The position numbers and the translations under genes are program-made. DNA of 64,000 bases from an uncultured Thiothrix sp. GTDB lineage: Bacteria > Pseudomonadota > Gammaproteobacteria > Thiotrichales > Thiotrichaceae. Below are positions 16,722-27,542 of the stretch, in pieces. Below the pieces are notes generated by a model, which did no database searches, had not been told where the DNA came from, and was given only the letters and a program-made list of their open reading frames with translations. The DNA is taken from contig CAYNNA010000002.1 of NCBI GenBank assembly GCA_964398375.1, positions 6,038 to 70,037 of the forward strand, given 5' to 3'. Within the stretch, counting starts at the first letter, position 1. Each line of letters starts with the position of its first letter.

Positions 16722-19178
16722 TTATTCGCCCAAAATCACACCGCCGAACAGCGCGGGATTTCGCCAAGACTCGTCTTGTTTGGCTTTCCATGCCAATTTG
16801 CCGTCGCGGTCGCCGCCGTCGTCATCGTCATTAACATGAATATCCAAGCCCATGCGTTGCCCCGCACGCGGATCAATGCCCAAGCCCGCCCACGGTAGGG
16901 TGACATCCAACACGTAGCCATTACCAGAACGGGTCACGGTATGCTTCAAGGGTACGCGGTCAATTTTCGGTGAGTTTTTGCCCAAGACAACTTTGCCAGC
17001 TTTCAGGTCAAAAATGAAGTGAAAATCGTTGCGTTGGTCATATTGCTGGCTCATGGAACCATCCGCATCCAGATACAACTCAACGGCATCGTCTTCCCAA
17101 GGCAACGTGGAATCGCTCACGCCGGGGCGATCATCTTCTACCCCAATGCGTAAATAGAGGTGTTGCTGATCCCAGCTTGCTTGCCACATTGCCGCCAAAT
17201 CTGCCGTACCGTCGATTTTGCCATTCAGCACATGACGCAATTGATAAGCAGAAGCCCCCGCCCAGACATCCGCCGGATTACGTGCTTGCCGGATCAAGGC
17301 GTTACCTCCGGCAACGTATTGTTCCTTAGGCATGGTACGCATGGTCACTAAAGTGGTCTCCGCTGGCGGTAAGGGCGCGTCTTCTGGTGGAATATTTCCC
17401 ATTGGGAATGGCGGCGGTTCACCGTGGATGGGTTCGTACTGCGGCGCGGTCGCATCCAGCGGTTCGGATTGGGTTTTCATCACCTCCAACGTCACCGCCG
17501 GTTTTGCCTGACGCACCAACGTATCCCCAGAGCAACCGTTCCACCAACAGCGATTGGTGCGGGTAAATTCCAGCAACGCACGGTGTTTGGGCGCTTGCGA
17601 ATCCGGCTGGGTAATGTATTCCTTTGTGCCAAAACTGCCGTATTTGCGGTAAATGCGCGGTGAGCTGAAATGCACAAATAATTTGCCTCCCGCTTGCTTC
17701 CAGCCCGTCAAGAGGTCTCGGTAAATAGCCGCCATTTGCGGGTGACGATTAGCGGCGTAAAACAGGTTATTCGGGTGCTGATTGTCGGATTTCGTGGTCA
17801 TATCCACCAGATGTTGCCCACCTTCATACGCAATCAAATCTACCCCAAAGCTTTTGGCTACTTCCGCCTGTTTCTCAATCAATTTGATTTCATTTGGCAA
17901 GGAATGCGGGTACTTCGGGTCAGTCATCACCCGGAAAATATCACTGACGCTACGTGCCTGACGTAAAGCATTGGCATCACCATACACATAAGGTGCGACG
18001 GCATAAGCGTCGGTAAAGCGGTAGGCACCATTGTAAGACAAAATGGTTTTGCTCATGCGTGTGCTACCGATTAAGCCCGACATCACCCGCACTACTCGCT
18101 TATTGCCACGAAACACTTGCTCCCAAATGCCAAATACATCCACCGAACGTTTGGAATAAAATTTATACGCGGCTTCATTCGGGTCAGGGTCTAAGCCCAT
18201 TTGCACCCCTTGCTGCTTGGCAAAAGCGTGTTGGGTGAATACGCCATTCCACACTTCGTTAGAATATTCCACGTACACTTTTAAGGTCGGCTCAAGATTG
18301 GCTTGCACATACTCGGCAAAGCGACGGATGAAATCGTTACTCGCCGCATGAGGCATAGAAAACCACGGGTCGGCGTGCAAGCGATTGGCGAGTTCCACCA
18401 TCACCTCCATCGGTGCACCGCGAATCCCCTCGGAGCCACCCCAGGTTTGTTGATCAATGCTGGCACGATCCTCCCACGCATACACCGGATTACGGGTAAT
18501 CCCACTCATATTCATGAAACGGATGACCCGAAAATCTCGCATATACGTCAAATAATCCGGGTTAAAAATGATTTTGCTGGAATGCTGTTCAAACGACAGG
18601 TAATTCCCCGAACACTGTCCTGCCCCCGCCACACGCTGAAACGGGTTATTCGCACAAATCCCCCCCAGCGGCAAAATGCGGATATTGCGGATGGGGTTCG
18701 CTGGATTCGTTGCCAAGATAAATAAGGTTGCGTTTAACTCATTGTCTTTACCCGGATCGAGATTGATGATGTCACGTCCCAACACACCCTCGACTAAAGC
18801 GGCATCGTTACGGTAATCCAGCTTACCTTCGCCCTCATACAGCACAATGTACTTACCACTGGGAATCGTGCCCGCCGGTAACTTACTGACAAAGCGCGTA
18901 CCCGCTTGCCCACCTTGAGAAATCTTTTTGGGCCAACCATTGCGATCGTACTCGATGTGCCCCTTGTTTAACTGGCGTGCCTCGCGGAATGGCAAGGACA
19001 TTTTCATCAAATCAATGAACGGCACACTGGAATCGTCATCCATGATTTCATTGGTATTCGTCCCCAATGCCGAATGACTGTTATAGAACGCCTCGGCAGG
19101 TGTCATGGCTGCCAAACCCAATAGCAACATAAGAACCAAAGCCCAGCGGCTTCCCCCTGAATGGCAAGCATTTATCAT
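16722..19178 (-). CDS. Secreted putative glycoside hydrolase (clan GH-A-like) with C-terminal CBM9/DOMON-like domain
   Basis: Signal peptide; EYSNEVWN and AYEGGQH Glu motifs; Pro-rich linker; C-terminal WD..HLYL.I.V.DD...D.VELYLD...G.DIHVNDDD. Confidence 0.7.
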   Translation of the reverse strand: MINACHSGGSRWALVLMLLLGLAAMTPAEAFYNSHSALGTNTNEIMDDDSSVPFIDLMKMSLPFREARQLNKGHIEYDRNGWPKKISQGGQAGTRFVSKLPAGTIPSGKYIVLYEGEGKLDYRNDAALVEGVLGRDIINLDPGKDNELNATLFILATNPANPIRNIRILPLGGICANNPFQRVAGAGQCSGNYLSFEQHSSKIIFNPDYLTYMRDFRVIRFMNMSGITRNPVYAWEDRASIDQQTWGGSEGIRGAPMEVMVELANRLHADPWFSMPHAASNDFIRRFAEYVQANLEPTLKVYVEYSNEVWNGVFTQHAFAKQQGVQMGLDPDPNEAAYKFYSKRSVDVFGIWEQVFRGNKRVVRVMSGLIGSTRMSKTILSYNGAYRFTDAYAVAPYVYGDANALRQARSVSDIFRVMTDPKYPHSLPNEIKLIEKQAEVAKSFGVDLIAYEGGQHLVDMTTKSDNQHPNNLFYAANRHPQMAAIYRDLLTGWKQAGGKLFVHFSSPRIYRKYGSFGTKEYITQPDSQAPKHRALLEFTRTNRCWWNGCSGDTLVRQAKPAVTLEVMKTQSEPLDATAPQYEPIHGEPPPFPMGNIPPEDAPLPPAETTLVTMRTMPKEQYVAGGNALIRQARNPADVWAGASAYQLRHVLNGKIDGTADLAAMWQASWDQQHLYLRIGVEDDRPGVSDSTLPWEDDAVELYLDADGSMSQQYDQRNDFHFIFDLKAGKVVLGKNSPKIDRVPLKHTVTRSGNGYVLDVTLPWAGLGIDPRAGQRMGLDIHVNDDDDGGDRDGKLAWKAKQDESWRNPALFGGVILGE

Positions 19179-19315
19179 GATTAAGTAAACCCCATGTTAT
19201 CGTAAGCAGCAGCACAAGCCTCGCGCCAACACTGCCTTTTCCCCAATTCGTTATGCTTGGAAAACCAATATGTTCTTTAAGTTCCCTTTTCGCTATTATT
19301 CCATCCTTTTGCTGA

Positions 19316-21247
<1,932 letters not shown>

Positions 21248-21248
<1 letters not shown>

Positions 21249-22309
21249 TGAAATACCCAACCGACGACTTACGCATCATCGGTATGCACGAACTCACGCC
21301 GCCGGTAGAACTGCACCGTGAATACCCACTGAGCGAAAACGCCACCGAAACCGTGCATGACGCCCGCGAAATTGCACACCGCATCCTGCACGGTGAAGAC
21401 GACCGCTTGCTGGTGGTGGTTGGCCCTTGCTCCATTCACGATGTGGATGCAGCAATGGAATACGCCACGCGCTTACAGCCCTTACGCGATGCGCTGAAAG
21501 ATCAGTTGCATATTATTATGCGGGTGTATTTCGAGAAGCCACGCACCACGATTGGCTGGAAAGGCTTGATCAATGACCCGGATATGGATAACAGCTTCCA
21601 CATCAACAAAGGCTTGCGCATGGCGCGTAAGTTGTTGCTGGATCTGAACAATATGGGAATGCCTGCGGCTACCGAATACCTCGACCTGATTAGCCCGCAA
21701 TACGTAGCAGATTTGGTAAGCTGGGCAGCGATTGGCGCACGCACCACCGAAAGCCAAGCACACCGCGAACTCGCTTCTGGCGTATCTTGCCCGATTGGTT
21801 TCAAGAATGGCACGTATGGCAACCTGAACATTGCGATTGACGCGATTGGCGCATCTTCCCGCCCGCACCATTTCCTTTCCGTCACTAAGGAAGGGCATAC
21901 CGCGATTTTTGCAACCAAGGGCAATGAGGATTGCCATGTGATCTTGCGCGGTGGGCAAGAGCCGAATTACGATGCGAGCAGTGTTGCCGCCGCCGTAGCC
22001 GCGTTGGAAAAAGCCAAACTGCCGCCTTACCTGATGGTCGATTTCAGCCATGCCAATAGCTACAAAGACTACCGCCGCCAACCGGAAGTCGCCGCGAATG
22101 TCGCCGCACAAATTGCCGCCGGTAACAAAGCCATTAGCGGTGTAATGATCGAAAGCCACTTGGTGGAAGGCAACCAAAAAGCCGACGGCAAACAGCGCGA
22201 AGAATTGGTTTACGGGCAAAGCATCACCGACGCTTGCATCAACTTCGACACCACCGAAGCGGTGTTGCGTCAGTTGGCGGAAGCGGTAGAAGCACGGCGT
22301 AAGCAATAG
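21248..22309 (+). CDS. aroG: DAHP synthase, type I-alpha (AroG/F/H family)
   Basis: DDLRI, GPCSIHD, RVYFEKPRTT.GWKG, IGARTTESQ.HRE, DFSHANS, GQSITDAC. Confidence 0.95.
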
Positions 22310-22319
22310 GAGTTAACAC

Positions 22320-23621
22320 ATGCTCAACATGACCGAATTAACCACCAACGACAGCGCGTTCTGGACCAAGTTGCAAGACCTGCTGGCGTGGGAAAGCGTC
22401 TCCGATGACGCGGTATTCAACACCGTCAATAACATCCTCAACGATGTGCGCAAACGCGGCGACGTGGCAGTAGTCGAATACACCAACCGCTTCGACCGCA
22501 TGAATGCAGAGAGCATGGCGGAATTGGAAATTCCTGCCGATCGTGTGCAAGCAGCGCTGACCAAAATTACGCCAGAACAGCGTTCCGCCTTGGAAGCAGC
22601 CGCTACTCGCCTAAAATCTTACGCCGAACACCAATTGCTGGATTCGTGGAGTTACACCGAAGCTGATGGCACGTTGCTGGGGCAACAAGTCACCGCATTG
22701 GATCGGGTCGGTTTGTACGTCCCCGGTGGTAAAGCGGCTTACCCGTCTTCGGTGCTGATGAATGCCGTGCCTGCCAAAGTTGCTGGTGTACCGGAATTAA
22801 TCATGGTCGTCCCCACACCCGATGGTGAAGTCAACGAATTGGTGCTGGCAGCCGCCGCGATTTCCAATGTTGACCGCGTGTTTGCCATCGGTGGCGCACA
22901 AGCCGTTGCGGCACTCGCTTACGGCACTGCCACCGTGCCACAGGTCGATAAAATCGTCGGCCCTGGCAATATCTACGTTGCCACCGCCAAACGCATGGTG
23001 TATGGCACGGTCGGCATCGACATGATTGCGGGGCCTTCCGAAATCCTCGTGGTGTGCGATGGCAAAACCAACCCGGATTGGATTGCGATGGATCTGTTCT
23101 CCCAAGCGGAACACGACGAAGATGCACAATCCATTCTGGTCTGCCCCGATGTAGATTTCATCGCACAAGTGAAAGCCAGCATCAGTCGTTTGTTGGAAGA
23201 AATGCCACGCAAACCGATCATTACCACTTCGCTGCAAAACCGTGGTGTACTGATTCACGTACAAGACATGGCAGAAGCGGTGAAGGTCGCGAACTATATT
23301 GCGCCGGAACATTTGGAACTTTCCGTGGAGAATCCGCGTGAAATGGCGACGCAAATCCGTCATGCAGGCGCGATTTTCATGGGACGTTACACAGCAGAAG
23401 CGGTGGGCGACTACTGTGCGGGCCCTAACCATGTCTTGCCGACTTCACGTACTGCACGCTTCTCCAGTCCGCTGGGGGTGTATGACTTCCAGAAACGCTC
23501 TTCCTTGATTGATTGTTCAGCAGAGGGTGCTTCCGCACTGGGCAAAATTGCCTCAGTATTGGCACGCGGCGAGGGTTTAGTGGCACACGCCCGTTCAGCC
23601 GAATATCGCATCCAAGACTAA
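22320..23621 (+). CDS. hisD: Histidinol dehydrogenase
   Basis: [44 protein letters not shown]. Confidence 0.97.
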   Translation: MLNMTELTTNDSAFWTKLQDLLAWESVSDDAVFNTVNNILNDVRKRGDVAVVEYTNRFDRMNAESMAELEIPADRVQAALTKITPEQRSALEAAATRLKSYAEHQLLDSWSYTEADGTLLGQQVTALDRVGLYVPGGKAAYPSSVLMNAVPAKVAGVPELIMVVPTPDGEVNELVLAAAAISNVDRVFAIGGAQAVAALAYGTATVPQVDKIVGPGNIYVATAKRMVYGTVGIDMIAGPSEILVVCDGKTNPDWIAMDLFSQAEHDEDAQSILVCPDVDFIAQVKASISRLLEEMPRKPIITTSLQNRGVLIHVQDMAEAVKVANYIAPEHLELSVENPREMATQIRHAGAIFMGRYTAEAVGDYCAGPNHVLPTSRTARFSSPLGVYDFQKRSSLIDCSAEGASALGKIASVLARGEGLVAHARSAEYRIQD

Positions 23622-23647
23622 GCGCTTCTGTTCATCATTTCCCCTCG

Positions 23648-23674
23648 AAAAGCCCCGTTTGTCGGGGCTTTTTT
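23648..23674 (+). terminator. Rho-independent terminator after hisD
   Basis: AAAAGCCCCG-TTTGT-CGGGGCTTTTTT. Confidence 0.85.
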
Positions 23675-23733
23675 GTTCACTGCAAAAAGTTCACCATAAT
23701 TGCAAAAAATTTGCAGAAAACCTTCAAAACCCC

Positions 23734-23762
23734 TTTACATTAGCAAGTGCTAATATTATTAT
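23734..23762 (+). promoter_or_regulatory. sigma70 promoter with palindromic operator in the spacer
   Basis: TTTACA-17 nt-TATTAT; ATTAGCA-AG-TGCTAAT at 23739-23754. Confidence 0.65.
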
Positions 23763-23809
23763 TATCCCATACTGAAACTTTCCAAAAACATTCGCTAGGA
23801 GATGAAATT

Positions 23810-24295
23810 ATGAAACTGCAAACTATCGCTTTCGCTGCCCTGATCGCTTTCGCTGGTGCTGCTTCTGCTGACTTCACTGATGGTTTTGACAACGGTTCTG
23901 CTACTGGTCAAGGCGCTGGTCAAGGCACTGCTTCTACCAGCGGTCAAGGTACTGGTTACGGCACTGGTAACGGTGACGTAAACGGCTGGGGTCGTGGTAA
24001 AGGTGATGCTGACGGTGAAGTGGATTTCGCGATCACTTTCAAAGGCAAAGGCCGCACTAACATGGATACCGATATGGCTGCTAACGGCAAAGGCAACGGT
24101 GACTGGTACACTGCTGGCAATGGTTATGGCTACGGCAATGGTACTGGCAACGGTTACGGCTACAACAACTTTGCTGCTAACGGTGCTAACAACGGCTTCG
24201 CGCCAGCAATGATGGCTCCACAAATGCCAATGGCAATGCCTGCTGCACAAGCACCAGTTGCTGCTGCTCCAGCCGCTCCTGCTGCTGCTCAATAA
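23810..24295 (+). CDS. Secreted Gly/Asn/Tyr-rich protein, probable sulfur globule envelope protein (SgpA/B-like)
   Basis: AGGAGA SD; Sec signal ending AASA; DGEVDFAITFKGKGR core; GNGYGYG repeats; MAPQMP..PAA tail; strong bias to T/C-ending optimal codons. Confidence 0.65.
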   Translation: MKLQTIAFAALIAFAGAASADFTDGFDNGSATGQGAGQGTASTSGQGTGYGTGNGDVNGWGRGKGDADGEVDFAITFKGKGRTNMDTDMAANGKGNGDWYTAGNGYGYGNGTGNGYGYNNFAANGANNGFAPAMMAPQMPMAMPAAQAPVAAAPAAPAAAQ

Positions 24296-24321
24296 GACTA
24301 ACGCAAGCATCACAGTTTGCT

Positions 24322-24349
24322 AAAAGGCATCCTTCGGGATGCCTTTTTT
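24322..24349 (+). terminator. Strong Rho-independent terminator
   Basis: GGCATCC-TTCG-GGATGCC-T6, preceded by A4. Confidence 0.9.
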
Positions 24350-24411
24350 GGTTTATTCTCCGCACTTTTACCGTATTATCCCGCTTTTAGCCGCTAACAC
24401 ACGAATCCTGC

Positions 24412-25272
24412 ATGAAGCTACCTGATATTCTAAAAGCTTGGCCATTGTACATTTTGCCGCACCACCTTATTTCCCGGCTGGTATTCCGCCTAACCCGCAT
24501 CCAATGCCCAACCTTGGTTCCCCCCGCCATCCGTTTATTCAGCAAGGTTTTTAAAGTCAATCTGGCGGAAGCAGTCAACCCTGACCCGGCGAGCTATCCA
24601 ACCTTTAATGCGTTTTTCACCCGCCCACTGCAACCCGCTCTTCGCCCAATGGCAGCAGGGGATACCGTACTGGTGAGTCCGGTAGACGGGCGTATTAGCC
24701 AAATGGGTAAAATTGAAGCGGGGCGCATTTTCCAAGCCAAAGGTCATGAATATTCTGCACTGGAATTGCTCGGCGGGGATGCTGCACGTGCTGCCCCGTT
24801 TATGCACGGTCAGTTCATGACCATTTACCTGTCCCCGCGTGATTATCACCGTATCCACATGCCACTCACCGGTACGCTGATCGAGCAGATTTATGTTCCT
24901 GGACGGCTCTTCAGTGTGGCAGGGCATACCGTGCGCACGGTTCCGCGTCTGTTTGCCCGCAATGAACGGGTAGTAGCCATGTTTGATACCGCGTTCGGCA
25001 AGTTGGCAATGGTCTTGGTGGGGGCTATCAATGTCGCCGCCATCGAAACCGTGTGGGATGGGCTGGTCACACCGCCTCAAGGCTGTGGGGTCAAACGCCA
25101 AGTATTCCCCGCTATTACGCTGGAAAAAGGGGCAGAAATGGGGCGTTTCAACATGGGTTCTACCGTCATCTTATTATTGGAAAACCCCGGTCTGTTTTGG
25201 AATCAGTCACTTGGGGCTGACACGGCACTTCAATTAGGACAAGCATTAGCAGCGTTACCCGCAAAGGATTAA
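24412..25272 (+). CDS. psd: Phosphatidylserine decarboxylase proenzyme
   Basis: [37 protein letters not shown] cleavage motif. Confidence 0.95.
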   Translation: MKLPDILKAWPLYILPHHLISRLVFRLTRIQCPTLVPPAIRLFSKVFKVNLAEAVNPDPASYPTFNAFFTRPLQPALRPMAAGDTVLVSPVDGRISQMGKIEAGRIFQAKGHEYSALELLGGDAARAAPFMHGQFMTIYLSPRDYHRIHMPLTGTLIEQIYVPGRLFSVAGHTVRTVPRLFARNERVVAMFDTAFGKLAMVLVGAINVAAIETVWDGLVTPPQGCGVKRQVFPAITLEKGAEMGRFNMGSTVILLLENPGLFWNQSLGADTALQLGQALAALPAKD

Positions 25273-25276
25273 AGCG

Positions 25277-25918
25277 ATGAAAACATATCAACAGGATTTT
25301 CTGGATTTTGCTATCGGGCAAAGCGTGTTGCGTTTCGGCGAATTTACGCTTAAGTCTGGGCGGATCAGCCCGTATTTTTTCAATGCGGGCTTGTTCCAAA
25401 CCGGCTCTGCCATCTCACGCCTTGGTAAATTTTACGCGCAAGCGATTGTCGACTCTGGTTTGGCATTCGACATGCTGTTTGGTCCTGCTTACAAAGGGAT
25501 TCCGTTAGCAGCGGCGACAGCGATTGCGTTGTATGAACACCACAGCAAAGATTACCCTTACGCCTTCAACCGCAAAGAAGCCAAAGACCACGGCGAAGGC
25601 GGCACGATTGTTGGTGCTCCCCTACAAGGGCGGGTATTGGTCATTGATGATGTCATGACCGCTGGCACTGCAATTCGTGAAGCAGCAGATATTGTCGCGG
25701 CTCAAGGGGCAAGCTTAGCGGGTGTCGCCATTTCACTCGACCGTCAGGAACGTGGCAAAGGAAAACAATCGGCTGTTCAGGAAGTAGAAGCCTTTTACGG
25801 TATCAAGGTCATTAGCATCGTAGGCTTGCAGGAAGTTATCGACCACGTGGGCAGCAGCCTGCACGACGCCGCCTTACTGGAAAAAGTACAAGCTTACCGC
25901 CGCGAATTCGGGATTTAA
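25277..25918 (+). CDS. pyrE: Orotate phosphoribosyltransferase
   Basis: [45 protein letters not shown]. Confidence 0.97.
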   Translation: MKTYQQDFLDFAIGQSVLRFGEFTLKSGRISPYFFNAGLFQTGSAISRLGKFYAQAIVDSGLAFDMLFGPAYKGIPLAAATAIALYEHHSKDYPYAFNRKEAKDHGEGGTIVGAPLQGRVLVIDDVMTAGTAIREAADIVAAQGASLAGVAISLDRQERGKGKQSAVQEVEAFYGIKVISIVGLQEVIDHVGSSLHDAALLEKVQAYRREFGI

Positions 25919-26081
25919 AACGGCATCTGTAATGCCAAGTCAGGGGACCTTCCACCAAGTCGGGAGGAAGTTTGTCTGCCAAACCCTACCTTTTGGTGTA
26001 TTCTGTCTGCGGTATTATGTGTTTAGAATCTGGTTTGTAATAAAAAACATTAAATACACGCTAAATTAATGGAGTTCCACA

Positions 26082-26678
26082 ATGTCTAAACTAGTAGGCG
26101 TATTTATTCTCGGGATACTGGTCGGTTGGTTAATCGAATGGATTTTCGTCCGGCTGTTTGTACCTGATCCCAAGAAAAAAGTTGAAGCCGCCCTGAACGC
26201 CAGTCGCAAAGAAAATGACACATTGCAACAGCAAAACCGTGCCTTACAAGCGGAGCTAACAGCAGTAAAAACCAAGCAGACCGCTCCACCACCCTCTCAA
26301 ACAACTGTTGAAACCGTCGTCACCACTGAACCTGTCGTTACACCTGCGCCAGAAATCGCAACTGCCGACATTACAACACCAGCAGTGGAAACAACCGTTA
26401 CTGAAGTAGCAACAGCGGTTACTGAAAGTGCCAATAACGATGATTTAACCAAGCTCAGTGGTATTGGCCCAAAACTAGCCGAAGCCATGCAAGCCAACGG
26501 TATCCAAAGTTATGCGCAATTAGCCCTATTGAGCACGGATGATTTGAATGAAAAACTGGCATCCAGCGGTATTCGCTATAGCAAAGCAATCGCAGAAAGC
26601 TGGGCTAAGCAAGCAACATTTGCAGCCGCCAGTGATTGGAGTGGATTAAAAACGTATCAACAAACATTGAAAAGTTAA
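26082..26678 (+). CDS. Membrane-anchored protein with coiled coil, Thr/Pro/Val-rich linker and C-terminal helix-hairpin-helix (DUF4332-like) domain
   Basis: N-terminal TM helix; DDLTKLSGIGPK...GI.SYAQLA HhH motif. Confidence 0.7.
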   Translation: MSKLVGVFILGILVGWLIEWIFVRLFVPDPKKKVEAALNASRKENDTLQQQNRALQAELTAVKTKQTAPPPSQTTVETVVTTEPVVTPAPEIATADITTPAVETTVTEVATAVTESANNDDLTKLSGIGPKLAEAMQANGIQSYAQLALLSTDDLNEKLASSGIRYSKAIAESWAKQATFAAASDWSGLKTYQQTLKS

Positions 26679-26689
26679 CGACAATATCC

Positions 26690-26713
26690 GGGGCGGTTCA
26701 TGATAACCGCCCC
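26690..26713. terminator. Hairpin between convergent genes
   Basis: GGGGCGGTT-CATGAT-AACCGCCCC. Confidence 0.65.
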
Positions 26714-26736
26714 TTCTAACCACGCTTACTGCCAAA

Positions 26737-26994
26737 TTAGAGTAAGTTATGGCGCTTCAGCTTAGTGCGCAGCGTAGCACGGTTAATACCCATGCACTGC
26801 GCTGCCTTAGACTGGTTGTTATGCGTATAACGCATCATGATTTCCAGCATAGGGCGCTCAACCTCATCCAACACCAAACGATAAATGTTTGACGCCTCAT
26901 GATCACCCAGCGTATCCAGATAATCTTGTAAAGTACGAGCAACCGTTTCAGACAAAGAAGCGTCCAGACCGGCACGAGAAGATGTATTCGTCAT
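26737..26994 (-). CDS. fis: Fis DNA-binding protein
   Basis: Y.LVL.EVE.PML...M.YT.NNQSKAA..MGINR.TLR.KLK.H.L. Confidence 0.9.
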   Translation of the reverse strand: MTNTSSRAGLDASLSETVARTLQDYLDTLGDHEASNIYRLVLDEVERPMLEIMMRYTHNNQSKAAQCMGINRATLRTKLKRHNLL

Positions 26995-27360
26995 ATTGAT
27001 GCAACCTTTTTAGTATTTGTCGGTACGATTCTACACAATGTTTCATTAACCGTAGCCAACTGCTTTTCAGGAGTCGTGATCGCCAAATTCCCTTTAATAA
27101 CTTGTATCGGAGGTGATTCGATCCAGATACCACCCGAATGCTTCCGTGCAATACGGACATCTGTATCCGCTCCATATAAGTCGTGCATAGCCCCAATGTG
27201 ATCCAAAACGACTCGACACTTTCCATAGACTTCTGGTTGTGCAAAAAGTTTTCTCAGATTTAGAAAAATTTTGCACTTCCCAGCACATCGTTGGTTAACC
27301 CCAAGTCACTCGACCAATTACCGGCTATCGGCATGTGTGCAACCTAGAATGGTTTTTTAT
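26991..27360 (-). pseudogene. dusB: Decayed 3' fragment of dusB (tRNA-dihydrouridine synthase B)
   Basis: Across two or more frames: ILGCTHAD, VIGRVTWG*P, EVQNF, HDLYG...VRIARKH, GWYL, ITTPEKQL. These are collinear with the DusB C-terminus. ATGA overlap with fis. Confidence 0.75.
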
Positions 27361-27542
27361 ACATAAACCATCTAAGTAAACGCATATCCTGAATAAAAGA
27401 GTACCACAGAGTGAAATCTATCCAATAGATTGAGTAGATAAACGGTAGTTTACCACAGAAAAACGGCAAAGATTTAACACATAGAAAATGTACTGGCACA
27501 CCAAGAAATAGATTAAAAGATGATCAACATAACCGCCATTCC

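Noticed and set aside
21482-22306. 274-aa antisense ORF, and similar long antisense ORFs over hisD, mtaD, gyrA, rlmD and SNF2
   Set aside because: Fully overlap well-supported genes on the opposite strand; no motifs.
23739-23754. CIRCE (HrcA) element
   Set aside because: Arms resemble TTAGCA...TGCTAA, but CIRCE needs TTAGCACTC-N9-GAGTGCTAA; the spacing does not fit.
23795-24313. 172-aa Ser/Thr/Val-rich antisense ORF
   Set aside because: Mirror of the low-complexity Sgp-like gene, which has the SD, signal peptide, promoter and terminator.
26991-27206. 71-aa ORF as a novel small protein coupled to fis
   Set aside because: Better explained as one frame of the dusB pseudogene.
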